NCBI GenBank assembly: GCA_963691875.1
Contig: OY829846.1
Span: 896,001-960,000, forward strand
Origin: Aureliella sp.
GTDB taxonomy: Bacteria; Planctomycetota; Planctomycetia; Pirellulales; Pirellulaceae
DNA length: 64,000 nucleotides
Reading direction: 5' to 3'
Shown: one piece after another, positions 1 to 10,518 of the stretch
Layout of the letters: every line of letters starts with the position of its first letter
Numbering within the stretch: the first letter of the stretch is position 1
The notes under the pieces: generated by a model
The model's database searches: none
What the model saw: the letters and a program-made list of their open reading frames with translations, nothing else
What the model was told of the DNA's origin: nothing
Position numbers and translations under genes: made by a program

Positions 1-1695
1 CTGCTCAGGCGAATAGTAAAACCGCATCTGCTCGCCTTCGGCCATGTTTCGCTGGTAAGCCATCCAGCGAACGACCTGGCCCCAGAAGCGATAATGGTAT
101 TTATCTTCCACGCCGCGCCGCCAACGCCATGCTCCATCAGTACCCATGAATAGAATCTTGCCGGCTCCAAAAGTTCTAGTCACCAACAAAGGAATACGAC
201 CATACTCGTTGGAAGAATCCTGATGCACAGCCAGGATATCAGTCCCAGCCTTGGCTCGAACAACCGGTGCATGCCACTGAAAGCCGGGTAAGCCCTCCCA
301 GACCTGCATGTTCTCGTCCTGAGTATCTGCAAGCTTCGTCAAAAGACTTCTTCTTCCCAACTCGGTCAATGCAAAGTGGCTAGGAGTCCTTGAACCCCAG
401 CCTCGAGGCTGTGCTTCATCGAATACCACTGGGAGCAACGCACCTAGCTCAGTGTCCTGTAGCTCCAACATGTTGCCATCGTAGCCAGGCATGAAAACTA
501 AGCCACTTGCTTGCTGTTCCACGAGACCTTTAAGTAGGCGACACTGTTCTTCCGTAAGCTGCTTTCCGCCGACTCCGACATCCCCCAGAAAGACCACGTC
601 GTACTTGGCAAGCTCTTTCATCTCTTCCGGAAACTGCTGGATGTAATCGCGATTCCCACCACCCACTTTCTCTAGTCTCGGATGAAACAGCAAGCAGCTA
701 ACTTCGACACCTGGATCACGCGAAAGGGCATTCCGCAAGTAACGATATTCCCAGCGAGGATTCGTCTCGACGACTAAAACTTGTAGCTTCTCTTCACGAA
801 TCGCTATCGGTGCTTCCTCGCGATTATTCTTCTCGATCTTCTCCTCAGGATGAGTCGGAATCTCCAGCGACAGAGTGTAATCACCTTGACCGCTTGGCAT
901 CCACACGATGGCATCGGAGGTCCGACCCATCGCAGCAATCTTGATTTGCTTTTTGACGCTCGAGCCATCAGAGACTTTGAGCTCAACCTGAGCTACGTGA
1001 TCTCTAGGCAGAGAACTTTCTATCGTAAAAGGAACCCTGACGTTTTTGCCTTCAACTCCAAAGGAAGGCACATCAAAACTGAGCAAATCGAGATCAGGCA
1101 GAAGGTTTCGGCTACCAAAGGGCACGGAGAAAATCGGGATCTTCTCTAGACGAAACTGGCTAGCCGCTTGCACCGGAGGCGGACCATCATTCCAATCACC
1201 ATCAGATAAAATGACCACCGCTCGCAGATTGGAGTGCTCTTCTCGGGCGCGGTTCAAGGCGTCGTGTAGGTTACTCTTGCCACTTTCCTTGTCGACCGAA
1301 AAGGGCATGAAGACGATCTCAGTATCAGCCGATAAATCCTCCCAAGTGCTTGGATCCATAATCGGCTGAGAGGCTTTTAAGCGTGTCAGCAAGGGAGTAG
1401 AGTCCGATTCGTCCAGACCTACGTCCTCAGTCGACATACTTAAACTGTTGTCGCCAAGAATCACGACCGTCGGTTTTTCAGATGGCTTAAATTCCTCAAC
1501 GGTTTCAGGCTGATTCAGCAGGAAAACCGCAAAACCAACTAGTATGATGCGAAGCAGCTCGAGCCCGAGCACACCCGCTCGAAAACCACTTCGCTTCCAA
1601 GCAAACCAGCTAAGAACACAGACCGATACCATGGCGATGACCGAAATCACCATCGATGGTACTGTCCATTGAAAGCCAAAGCTCGATTCTATCAT
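1..1695 (-). CDS. vWA-domain membrane protein of the MoxR/BatA operon (3' end runs off the window)
   Basis: Absent from the ORF track because it has no stop in the window. Manual translation from ATG 1695: MIESSFGFQWTVPSMVISVIAMVSVCVLSWFAWKRSG...LLNQPE (two TM helices), then MIDAS-like VILGDNSLSM, VVILSDGDWN and a later PRWEYRYLRNA motif. Confidence 0.85.
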   Translation of the reverse strand, partial: MIESSFGFQWTVPSMVISVIAMVSVCVLSWFAWKRSGFRAGVLGLELLRIILVGFAVFLLNQPETVEEFKPSEKPTVVILGDNSLSMSTEDVGLDESDSTPLLTRLKASQPIMDPSTWEDLSADTEIVFMPFSVDKESGKSNLHDALNRAREEHSNLRAVVILSDGDWNDGPPPVQAASQFRLEKIPIFSVPFGSRNLLPDLDLLSFDVPSFGVEGKNVRVPFTIESSLPRDHVAQVELKVSDGSSVKKQIKIAAMGRTSDAIVWMPSGQGDYTLSLEIPTHPEEKIEKNNREEAPIAIREEKLQVLVVETNPRWEYRYLRNALSRDPGVEVSCLLFHPRLEKVGGGNRDYIQQFPEEMKELAKYDVVFLGDVGVGGKQLTEEQCRLLKGLVEQQASGLVFMPGYDGNMLELQDTELGALLPVVFDEAQPRGWGSRTPSHFALTELGRRSLLTKLADTQDENMQVWEGLPGFQWHAPVVRAKAGTDILAVHQDSSNEYGRIPLLVTRTFGAGKILFMGTDGAWRWRRGVEDKYHYRFWGQVVRWMAYQRNMAEGEQMRFYYSPEQ

Positions 1696-1705
1696 GATTG
1701 CCTAG

Positions 1706-3745
1706 CTAAGCTGAAGTGCCCTGCGAACCAATAGCACGAGGTCGTTGAGGGATAGCACGAGGAATACAAAGTACAGCTTCTAGCAACATTGCGAAGATCA
1801 TCGCGATCAAGAATAGGCGCCAGATCTCCCGGACGATCCCGGTCAAACTACCAGCAGAGTCGTCGACTCGAGAGAACGGCAATCCCTCAAATAAAGACTC
1901 TAGCTTTTCGTCTTCCAACAAATCTTGCCGATCCTCTTGGGTTGCACGATTCACAGCAAACAGGCGATTTCCCAACTGGTAGACACCGCTTTGTGCCGTA
2001 AACTCCGTCGACAACACTTCGTCGCCTCCGGTAAGCTTCCGCCACTCACCTGTCGGTTCATCGCTGTACTCTGCCGTCCGGGCCGTTGTGTTGCCGAGAG
2101 CAAGTTGTCCTTGCTCAATCGCCCGTTGTATCGTGATGAATAACACGATGCCACCTTCAGCGAGGCTCGAGGCACTCGGGTTCACGGAAGCGGTAAAAAA
2201 GTAAACGCCTCCGCGATTCGTGGGCAACTTGGCCAAGAGCGGATCACCACCGGTGAGTGTCCCGAGCTTCAATAGCTCAGCTTCGCTACGGACACTCGCG
2301 TAACCACCAAGTTCAATCTGGCCGACGGGCAGTCCAACTCCACTGTTGGTTGCAGCCAACAAGTCCTGATCGCCCCGCCAGTTCTCAACCATCACCTTCT
2401 CGCCCGAGTTCCAATCGCCCCAGGCAACGCCTCCAAAGTTCCCGAGAACTTGCATACCGGTTCCAGCCGCCAAACTAGTCGGAGGAAAAAACATGACTTG
2501 TCCTCCGCCGTCCACAAAGTTCTGAACAGCTGGTGTCGTATTCGCATCTGGAAGATCTGTCTGCCAGAGCAGGAGAGCCGTGTCCTCCAACGCCAAGGAG
2601 TCCAATTGCTCGGGTGCGATCACATCCACGGTAGAGCTTGTTTCGCCAGCTGGAGTAATCCCCGCCGCGATCTCCAAAGCCCGCGTGTCCTTGCGATCAT
2701 CACTGACGACAACGATGCGCCGGGTTTCCTCCTCAGCGAAGACGAAGTAGTACTGATTGTCAGAATTGTTCTCGTCAGCTGGCAACGAAATAGTGCCCCA
2801 TCCGCTAACCGCATCGCTGGCAAGCGGTACTCGATGATTGCGAATCTCCGTAGACGCTCCGGTCATCTGAACGGTCAATTCGCTTCGTGCACCATCTATC
2901 TCTATCTGAACCGTAAGATCCATCGTAGCGTCGTCGGACAACTCTCCGGAACGAGTAAACTGCATTGAAACCAAAACAGCATTCTCCACCACACCGGCAA
3001 CTGTCTCCGTAACGCGTTGTACTTTGGTAACTCTTACTGCAACATTGCTTTTTGGGGGTTGCGAATAAGCCAGCATGTTGAACTGAACCGATTGCGGCAG
3101 CGATTCGAAGCCTTCGCGAATGACGCTCCAAGTGCCACTGCTTGAATTCCAATCAGACTCACGCAAATCGGAACACATCCAGACTTCCGTAGGACCAGGG
3201 TTGTTCGTCTTGATGTAATCCAAGGCAACTTGCATCAAAATAGTGAAGTCAGCGGACGACCCCGAGTCTGAAAACGCTGCGGAATCAACCATCGATTCGA
3301 CGGTCTCGAAACTCTGGGCCTTCCCCGAGCTGGAATCGATGGCGACAAAATTGCTTGAGCCCAGTTTGCCTAACGCATCGGCGATCTGCCGTTTGGCAGT
3401 TTCCAACTTCGAAAGCCCTCCCAATCCTTGCTGCTGCATACTCGGCGAACGATCCACAATAACGATGGTGGTGTCCGTACTTCCTCCGCCCGTAATCCCA
3501 AGCAGTCCGCTGGCGAGAGGCCGTGCAACGGCAAAGATCAACCCGGCTACGGCCAGGGTCCGCATGGTCAGAATCAACCACTGACGAATCCGAGCGAAAC
3601 CTCGATTCATCTTGTTGGCTGCGAGGAGGAACTTCATCGCTCCCCACTGCTTGGTCTGATAGCGCCATTGATTAATCAAGTGAATCAAGATCGGAAGCGC
3701 GATCAGCGGCATCGCCGCCAATATCAATGGCTGCAGAAAACTCAT
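1706..3745 (-). CDS. BatA-domain / vWA membrane protein
   Basis: N-terminal LPILIHL...W.AM.FL BatA motif, vWA DRSPSM, C-terminal EIWRLFLIAMIFAMLLE TM segment. Confidence 0.88.
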   Translation of the reverse strand: MSFLQPLILAAMPLIALPILIHLINQWRYQTKQWGAMKFLLAANKMNRGFARIRQWLILTMRTLAVAGLIFAVARPLASGLLGITGGGSTDTTIVIVDRSPSMQQQGLGGLSKLETAKRQIADALGKLGSSNFVAIDSSSGKAQSFETVESMVDSAAFSDSGSSADFTILMQVALDYIKTNNPGPTEVWMCSDLRESDWNSSSGTWSVIREGFESLPQSVQFNMLAYSQPPKSNVAVRVTKVQRVTETVAGVVENAVLVSMQFTRSGELSDDATMDLTVQIEIDGARSELTVQMTGASTEIRNHRVPLASDAVSGWGTISLPADENNSDNQYYFVFAEEETRRIVVVSDDRKDTRALEIAAGITPAGETSSTVDVIAPEQLDSLALEDTALLLWQTDLPDANTTPAVQNFVDGGGQVMFFPPTSLAAGTGMQVLGNFGGVAWGDWNSGEKVMVENWRGDQDLLAATNSGVGLPVGQIELGGYASVRSEAELLKLGTLTGGDPLLAKLPTNRGGVYFFTASVNPSASSLAEGGIVLFITIQRAIEQGQLALGNTTARTAEYSDEPTGEWRKLTGGDEVLSTEFTAQSGVYQLGNRLFAVNRATQEDRQDLLEDEKLESLFEGLPFSRVDDSAGSLTGIVREIWRLFLIAMIFAMLLEAVLCIPRAIPQRPRAIGSQGTSA

Positions 3746-4653
3746 CGTGCACTCCTCCGATGAGCGCGATCGACCAAGAAATTCGTCAGCTCTTTTTCGT
3801 AAGCAGAGTCGATCGAGATGCGGCGGTAATCGACTGCCGTCTCCAAAACGACTTTTTGCAAGGACTCCAAATATTCGTTCAAAGCCCGGTGGTACCGATC
3901 GGCTATTTCAATCGGATCCGCAAAAACTGCAGTCCCGCCCTCCATGTCCAGAAATCGTGTCGGACGCTGAAACGCAAAGCCCAACTCCTCGGGGTCCAAC
4001 AAATGAAAAGCAGCGACGTCGTGCTTACGAAACCGGAGATGCTCGAAGCATTCCCTCAGTTGCTCCGTATCAACGAACAGATCAGAAAGTATTACTACCA
4101 ACGCACGCTGCCGAACGGTCTCGGCGAGTTCGTGCAAGACCTCTACCAACCCCGTATCGCCCTGGGGCTCTGCCTGTTCAAGCGTGTCATAAAGCGTGGT
4201 CAAGTGAGCCGGATTTCGCTTGGCAGGGATGTTATGAACAATCCCATCGGCAACACAAGAAAGCCCGACAGCATCGCCCTGCTGTACTGCGAGATAGCTT
4301 AAAGCAGCAGAGATACGCCTGCCGTACTCGAGCTTGGTCGTGCCCACGGAGCCGAAATCCATCGACCCGCTTGTATCTAGCACAAGAACCATCCGCAGGT
4401 TCGTATCAGCCTCAAACTCTTTGATGTAGAAGCGATCGGAGCGACCGTAGGCACGCCAATCGAGTCGCCGCAAGTCATCGCCAGGCACGTACTTGCGATA
4501 CTCCGCGAATTCGACGCTAGCCCCGCGGTGCGGGCTCGCATGCCGGCCAGAAACACTTCCCAGCATCGGTTTCCGCGACAGCAAAGGCAGTGCACCGAGT
4601 TGTGCAATCACCCTCGGATCGAGAAAACTTCGTTGTTTACGATCAGTTGACAT
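3742..4653 (-). CDS. DUF58 domain protein
   Basis: G.H.S...G.SVEFAEYRKYVPGDDLRRLDWRAYGR and DTSGSM motifs; overlaps the next gene by 4 nt. Confidence 0.93.
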   Translation of the reverse strand: MSTDRKQRSFLDPRVIAQLGALPLLSRKPMLGSVSGRHASPHRGASVEFAEYRKYVPGDDLRRLDWRAYGRSDRFYIKEFEADTNLRMVLVLDTSGSMDFGSVGTTKLEYGRRISAALSYLAVQQGDAVGLSCVADGIVHNIPAKRNPAHLTTLYDTLEQAEPQGDTGLVEVLHELAETVRQRALVVILSDLFVDTEQLRECFEHLRFRKHDVAAFHLLDPEELGFAFQRPTRFLDMEGGTAVFADPIEIADRYHRALNEYLESLQKVVLETAVDYRRISIDSAYEKELTNFLVDRAHRRSAR

Positions 4654-4760
4654 TCGGTTCTGTAAACAGGCAGGAGAATGGTAGGTTTTGCTGCTTGCTA
4701 GTTGGGAGCTAAAACGTTCGAGCGAAAAAAACTAGAAGCGTTATGCATCCTTGCGTGAAG

Positions 4761-5789
4761 CTATGCATCCGGTGTTTCATCCACGAGACGCATAATGATG
4801 TCGCTTGCACTCACCTTCTCAGCTTGCGCAGCAAAGGTTGTGATGATTCTGTGGGTCAGAACGGCAGGAGCAACTGCTTTGACATCTTCGTTTCGCACCA
4901 TGTAACTACCGTATAAAGCGGCACGTGCTTTGGCGCCTAAGATCAAGTTTTGCACCGCCCGAGGGCCGCCGCCCCACGAGACCAACGGCTTGAGCCATTC
5001 CGGCGAGGTGTCCCCATTGGGTCGCGTCTTGCGGACCAGCCGCGCGCAATAGGTGTAGATATGATCGGGAACTGGCACACGACGCACCAAGTTCTGGTGT
5101 TCGATGATCTCCTCCGCAGCCATCAAACGTTCCAGCTTTGCCAGCTCGCCGCCAGTCGTCGTACGCGCGATCTCGATCTCTTCCTCTTCATTCGGATAAT
5201 CGAGCTCGATCAATGACATGAACCTGTCAAGCTGAGCTTCCGGCAGCGGATAGGTACCTTCTTGTTCCACTGGGTTTTGAGTTGCCAAAACCATAAATGG
5301 CGGAGGCAAATCAAACTCTTTACCAAGGACCGTCACCCGTTGCTCCTGCATCGCTTCGAGCATCGCTGCTTGTGTTTTCGGCGGAGCACGGTTGATCTCA
5401 TCCGCCAAAACGATGTTGGCGAACACTGGACCTTGCACAAATTGAAACTCGCGACGACCACCTTCACCGTCTTGCAAGATATCAGTGCCCGTAATGTCCA
5501 TCGGCATCAAATCGGGCGTGAACTGGATGCGGCTAAACTGCAACGAAAGCGTCTCTGCCAACTTGCTCACCAGCAATGTTTTAGCCAAACCTGGAACGCC
5601 CATGAGCAACGCATGTCGACGGGCAAACAGACAGATCGCAAGACTCTCAATGGTGTCGCGTTGCCCAACAATGACTTTACCCAACTCGCTTACCAGCTTC
5701 TGATAAGCCTCGCGAAGACGATCAATTGCTTGGACGTCATCCCCGCTAAGCTGCTGAACTTCAGAGTGTGCTTCTGCACTCGTACTCAT
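4761..5789 (-). CDS. moxR: MoxR-family AAA+ ATPase
   Basis: Walker A GVPGLAKT, RIQFTPDLMP, Walker B LADEINRAPPKTQ, ATQNPVEQEGTYPLPEAQLDRF. Confidence 0.95.
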   Translation of the reverse strand: MSTSAEAHSEVQQLSGDDVQAIDRLREAYQKLVSELGKVIVGQRDTIESLAICLFARRHALLMGVPGLAKTLLVSKLAETLSLQFSRIQFTPDLMPMDITGTDILQDGEGGRREFQFVQGPVFANIVLADEINRAPPKTQAAMLEAMQEQRVTVLGKEFDLPPPFMVLATQNPVEQEGTYPLPEAQLDRFMSLIELDYPNEEEEIEIARTTTGGELAKLERLMAAEEIIEHQNLVRRVPVPDHIYTYCARLVRKTRPNGDTSPEWLKPLVSWGGGPRAVQNLILGAKARAALYGSYMVRNEDVKAVAPAVLTHRIITTFAAQAEKVSASDIIMRLVDETPDA

Positions 5790-6192
5790 CGATGTTGTTC
5801 CTCTTTGGCCATCTGTTCACGTATGAATCAATTCTCAATTATAGACGAGCCGCCGGAGAAAGGTTGTCTGGCCGCAAAGCCCAGCCCCATTTCTGGTGAT
5901 TCGAGGCTCAGTAACCTATTCCCGAAGCTCCTTATCTTTGCTTGATTTAGCTCACTCTGGCATAGATCTCGAACAAACAAGATTCGTTTCTGAAAATCCA
6001 AGAAGAAGCAAAAATAGATCGGCTCCAGGGAGCATCCCCTCGGCGAGAACGCGGGTTTCTTTAAGAGTTCGAGGAGCTCGAGCGCGGGTAGTGGAGGTCG
6101 TGAATACCTTCTGCCTCTTCAGTAAGCGGCAGCACTCCGACTCAACAACGAGGATAGCGGGCCAAATTTCGGCTCAAAACACGTTGGTTAGC

Positions 6193-6231
6193 AAAGAAAA
6201 AGCCCGTACGAAAGCTTTTGCTTGCACGGGC
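6193..6231 (-). terminator. Probable intrinsic terminator of the response regulator gene
   Basis: gcccgt...acgggc stem followed on the minus strand by tttttcttt, just after the stop at 6256. Confidence 0.5.
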
Positions 6232-6255
6232 CAAGATGATGGTTTGGATTTCAAA

Positions 6256-6948
6256 CTAAAGAGCTTGTGAGCGAACTCCTGGCTTGCGAAGTTTGACAGA
6301 AATCGCAAAGGCCACAGCATCGGCAAAGCAAGTGGCGCCGATTTTTTGCATCACGCGATTGCGGTAAGTCTCAACCGTTCGGAGGCCAACGCCAAGCTCA
6401 GAAGCGATTTGCTTGTTGAGGTAACCACTAGCCAGTAGCTTCAGCACCTGGACTTCACGCTCGGACAACATTTCAAGCTTGGTTTGCTCACCTGCCTCTC
6501 GAAGCTTTTCTCGACGATTGTTTCGGTATTCCTCGCAGTATCGTCGAGTGCGCTGGATCAACTCTTCTTGTTGAATCGGCTTCTCGAACAAGTAGCGAAA
6601 GCCGCTGTCGATCGCTTTCATCGTTAGTTCTGGCGTCGCTCCGCCGGTAACCATGATTGCTGGAATGAGGCTCCCGAGCTTTCTCAGCTCGGCGAAAGTC
6701 TGTAGTCCATCCATGTCATCCATGAACTCATCAAGCAAAACGCAGTCGTAACTTCTACCTTGCCGCATGACATTGAGGAATTCAGCCGGGCTTCGAAAAT
6801 CCTCAACTTCATAGCCAGCATCCCGCAGAAGTAAAACGAGTATTGTGCGCACTGAGTCTTCGTCATCAACGACCGCAATCGAAAACGGCTGTGTCCACGG
6901 ATACGCGTCCTCGACCGCCCCAGTGCTTTCTTTCTGAACAAAATTCAT
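6256..6948 (-). CDS. FixJ/LuxR-family response regulator
   Basis: Receiver domain (VVDDE, LLD, T, KP) plus LSEREVQVLKLLASG..NKQIASELG...RTVETYR LuxR HTH. No adjacent kinase. Confidence 0.92.
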   Translation of the reverse strand: MNFVQKESTGAVEDAYPWTQPFSIAVVDDEDSVRTILVLLLRDAGYEVEDFRSPAEFLNVMRQGRSYDCVLLDEFMDDMDGLQTFAELRKLGSLIPAIMVTGGATPELTMKAIDSGFRYLFEKPIQQEELIQRTRRYCEEYRNNRREKLREAGEQTKLEMLSEREVQVLKLLASGYLNKQIASELGVGLRTVETYRNRVMQKIGATCFADAVAFAISVKLRKPGVRSQAL

Positions 6949-7107
6949 GCCAAAATTAATTTCCTAAAGTGGTCTCCTACCTCACTCATCCGCAGGCTAC
7001 CGATATATTGACCTGTTTAAAGTCCGATATCCCTCAAAACGACGCTGGCGACGGTAAACACCGACAGAGCGGGCACGGGTTCGAGACGTTTTCTAAGGAA
7101 CCTTGCA

Positions 7108-8910
7108 GTGCATGTCAAACAAATTCCTCAATGTCGACCGATTTTCTACACATTATGGCTAACTCTCGCAACCTTTTTCGCCGGCCCTCCACTCACCTTG
7201 GGCGCGACTTCGCCACCAAACGTGTTGATCGTTCTCACGGACGACCAAGGCTGGGGTGATTTATCGCTGAATGGGAATAAAAACCTCAACACGCCGCGTA
7301 TTGATTCACTGGCAAAAAACGGGGTACAGTTCGATCGATTCTATGTCTGCGCGGTTTGTTCGCCAACGCGTGCCGAGTTCTTGACAGGCCGTTATCACGC
7401 TCGTAGCGGCGTCTATAGCACCTCTGCGGGGGGCGAACGCATGAACCTAGACGAAACAACGATCGCAGACTGCTTTCGCGCCGCTGGCTATCGTACCGGC
7501 GCTTTCGGCAAATGGCACAACGGCATGCAGTACCCTTATCATCCCAATGGTCGCGGCTTCGATGAGTACTACGGCTTCTGTTCGGGACACTGGGGCGATT
7601 ACTTCAGTCCACCGCTCGAACACAACGGTGCTCTAGTACAGGGCGAAGGATTCTGCATCAATGACTTCACGAACAAAGCGATAGACTTCATGAGGGAGGC
7701 CAAACAAGCGGACAAGCCATTCTTTGCCTACCTACCCTTCAACACGCCTCACTCGCCTATGCAAGTTCCTAATCAATACTGGGAGCGATTCAAAGACAAA
7801 GAACTACCGATGCACAATCGTGAACCTCAAAAAGAGGTTCCGAATCATTTGCGCTGTGCTCTAGCGATGTGTGAAAACATCGACTGGAATGTTGGGCGGT
7901 TGCTCGACTTCCTTGAAGAAGAAGAATTGGCTGAAGACACGATCGTAATCTATTTCTGTGACAACGGCCCCAACGGCATTCGATGGAACGGTGGAATGAA
8001 GGGGCGAAAGGGTTCTACTGACGAAGGTGGCGTGCGTTCTCCGCTGCTAATTCGCTGGCCTACCTATTTAGCGCCGGGTCAAACGATCAAGCCTATTGCC
8101 TCGGTGACAGATCTCCTACCCACGCTAACAGAGCTTTGCGGTGTGGAGCGAATCGGAAACAAGCCCCTGGATGGTAAATCGCTTGCTCCTTTACTGCGTC
8201 AAGAAGTGCCGCAAAAGGAATGGCCCGACCGAGTCATCGTCAATCACTGGAAGACAAAGTGCAGCGTTCGAAACCAGCGTTTTCGTTTGGACCATCAAGG
8301 AAAACTGTTCGATATCGTCGCCGATCCTGAGCAACGCAACGACGTCAGTATGAGACACCTAAAAATAAAAGAAATGCTTGCAGCCACACGCGAGAGGCAC
8401 CTGGCAGAAGTCGCCGGTTTCGAAAAGGACGAACGCCCCTTTTTAGTCGGACACCCCGACTATCGCTTTACCCAAGTTCCAGCACGCGACGCGAGTTTCA
8501 CGGGTGGAATCCAGCGATCGAATCGCTTTCCTAACTGTTCTTTCTTGAAAAACTGGACCTCCGAAGAACAGAAGATTTTCTGGGATATCGAGGTTGGTGC
8601 TGCTGCAAGATACAAAGTTCAATTGCAGTACGCTTGTAAGAAAGAAAACGTCGGGGCTCAACTAGAACTAGCAATCGGTGATTCCGTTTTGCCCTTCAAA
8701 ATTGACGTGCCACAAGATCCACCGCTGCGAGGCATGGAGAACGACAGATTCAAGAGGACCGAGTCCTACGTAAAGGACTTCAAGACAATTGAGATCGGAC
8801 AAATGTTCATGTCCGCCGGATCAGGACGTCTCGAACTACGTGCGAAATCCATTCCTGGTAACGAAGCAATCGAGTTCCGTTTGCTCATGTTTGAGCGACT
8901 CGACGACTAG
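7108..8910 (+). CDS. Arylsulfatase (formylglycine-dependent, S1 family) with C-terminal beta domain
   Basis: PNVLIVLTDDQG, CSPTR, GKWH, signal-peptide-like N-terminus. Exact start uncertain. Confidence 0.92.
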   Translation: MHVKQIPQCRPIFYTLWLTLATFFAGPPLTLGATSPPNVLIVLTDDQGWGDLSLNGNKNLNTPRIDSLAKNGVQFDRFYVCAVCSPTRAEFLTGRYHARSGVYSTSAGGERMNLDETTIADCFRAAGYRTGAFGKWHNGMQYPYHPNGRGFDEYYGFCSGHWGDYFSPPLEHNGALVQGEGFCINDFTNKAIDFMREAKQADKPFFAYLPFNTPHSPMQVPNQYWERFKDKELPMHNREPQKEVPNHLRCALAMCENIDWNVGRLLDFLEEEELAEDTIVIYFCDNGPNGIRWNGGMKGRKGSTDEGGVRSPLLIRWPTYLAPGQTIKPIASVTDLLPTLTELCGVERIGNKPLDGKSLAPLLRQEVPQKEWPDRVIVNHWKTKCSVRNQRFRLDHQGKLFDIVADPEQRNDVSMRHLKIKEMLAATRERHLAEVAGFEKDERPFLVGHPDYRFTQVPARDASFTGGIQRSNRFPNCSFLKNWTSEEQKIFWDIEVGAAARYKVQLQYACKKENVGAQLELAIGDSVLPFKIDVPQDPPLRGMENDRFKRTESYVKDFKTIEIGQMFMSAGSGRLELRAKSIPGNEAIEFRLLMFERLDD

Positions 8911-8977
8911 CCTGTGTTCAATAACTTGGGACGCAAATGAGCGAAAAGTCGCTAGTTCCCAACGAGATGACCAGATT

Positions 8978-10378
8978 TCAGTCCTCGAAGAGATTCGGCG
9001 TATCAGGATACAGCGGACGTTCCTTTGCGTCCTTTTTCTGTATACCTCCCGGCACCGGTGGACAGCGATCGAGGAGATACTTTAGCTCTCTCCTGATCTC
9101 AGCTGCTTGGCCTGTCACCGTTGCAGCCAGGTCATTGGCTTCATCAAGATCAATCGGCACCTCAAAGTAGCGTCCATCTCGGTATAGCTTGTAGTTGGCC
9201 GTTCGAGCGAACTGCCCCGGCTTCTTGTTCCAATAGCACTGGTAATGGCAAAGCACCCAGTTGCGAAGATTGCCCTCCTGGCCGTTCAGCTGCGGGAAGA
9301 AACTACGCCCGTCTATCGGCTCTTTCACGGAAGCCTTCGTACCCGATACATCGGAGAGCGTAGCGTAAAAATCCGTGAAATCGATTAAATCCGGTAGCAC
9401 CGTTCCTTTCGGTGTGTGCCCCGTCCAGCGAGCAACAAATGGCACGTGCGTTCCGTTGTCTTTCATGCCTGCCTTGCCGCCACGAATCTCAGTCCCTTTC
9501 CATTGCGAGCGAATTCCGACATTCGTTCCGTTGTCGGCGGTAAACATGATGATCGTTTCTTCGCTCAATCCTAGTTCATCGACCTTGTCCGTGATGCGAC
9601 CGACCAACTTATCCATGTATTCCACCATGGCAACAAAATTCTTCTTCCGCGGCTCGTAGCCTTTCGGAGCTTTGTTCAAGCCATGATTAATGGGAGCATC
9701 ACCGACGTTGTCCGGAGTGGGAACAAAAGGATCGTGAACCAGCACCATTGGGTAGTAAACGAAGAAAGGTCCATCTTGATTGCGTTCCATAAAATTGCAG
9801 ACGAATTCCGTCAGCAGATCGGGCCCGTACTTGCCCGCGTTCTCTTCTTTCGTAATAAACTTCCCGTTGTGCTCCAAAGGCGGATCCCAGAATCGTTCAC
9901 CACCATCGCCGCCTTTCCCTCGAGTGACTTGCCAAAGCAGCGATTCGTGAAAGCCCGCCTTTTGAGGTCGCACCGGATCGTCGCTACCGGGCAAAGTATT
10001 GTACAAGCCGTTGAGCTGCCATTTGCCGGCGATCGCAGTTTGATACCCCGCATCCTGCATCATGTGTCCAAAGGTGCGTTCCTTCGGGTTCAAGTAACCA
10101 AAGTGCGTATAGTTTCGGAAGCCGTACTTTCCGGTCATAATCTTGACGCGAGAGGGAGTGCAGATGGGAGTCGAATAGCAGTGCTCGAATCGAATGCCCT
10201 CGGCCGCTAGTCGATCGATGTTCGGCGTCTTGTAATCTTCGCCACCGTAGCACCCGAAGCATTCCCAACTGACGTCATCAGCCATGATCAGAACCAAATT
10301 CGGTTGGTCCTTGGCGATTGAGAGGTTGCAAGTGAGCAATAGGATGGAAGCAGAGGCTATATGAAGAGGGAAACTCAC
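8978..10378 (-). CDS. Sulfatase (S1 family)
   Basis: PNLVLIMADD, CTPSR, GKWQ, DNG; signal peptide. Confidence 0.92.
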   Translation of the reverse strand: MSFPLHIASASILLLTCNLSIAKDQPNLVLIMADDVSWECFGCYGGEDYKTPNIDRLAAEGIRFEHCYSTPICTPSRVKIMTGKYGFRNYTHFGYLNPKERTFGHMMQDAGYQTAIAGKWQLNGLYNTLPGSDDPVRPQKAGFHESLLWQVTRGKGGDGGERFWDPPLEHNGKFITKEENAGKYGPDLLTEFVCNFMERNQDGPFFVYYPMVLVHDPFVPTPDNVGDAPINHGLNKAPKGYEPRKKNFVAMVEYMDKLVGRITDKVDELGLSEETIIMFTADNGTNVGIRSQWKGTEIRGGKAGMKDNGTHVPFVARWTGHTPKGTVLPDLIDFTDFYATLSDVSGTKASVKEPIDGRSFFPQLNGQEGNLRNWVLCHYQCYWNKKPGQFARTANYKLYRDGRYFEVPIDLDEANDLAATVTGQAAEIRRELKYLLDRCPPVPGGIQKKDAKERPLYPDTPNLFED

Positions 10379-10518
10379 GTTGCTTTTCCGAATAGAGGGA
10401 GGGGCTATGCGGAGCAGCGGCGGAATGGCTTCTCCAGGATTACACAGGATAACTGAATTTCAGCACGATCGACACATGCGGCGAAGCTCGCTGTGACTCC
10501 CCACTCACGCCTGAGTTA

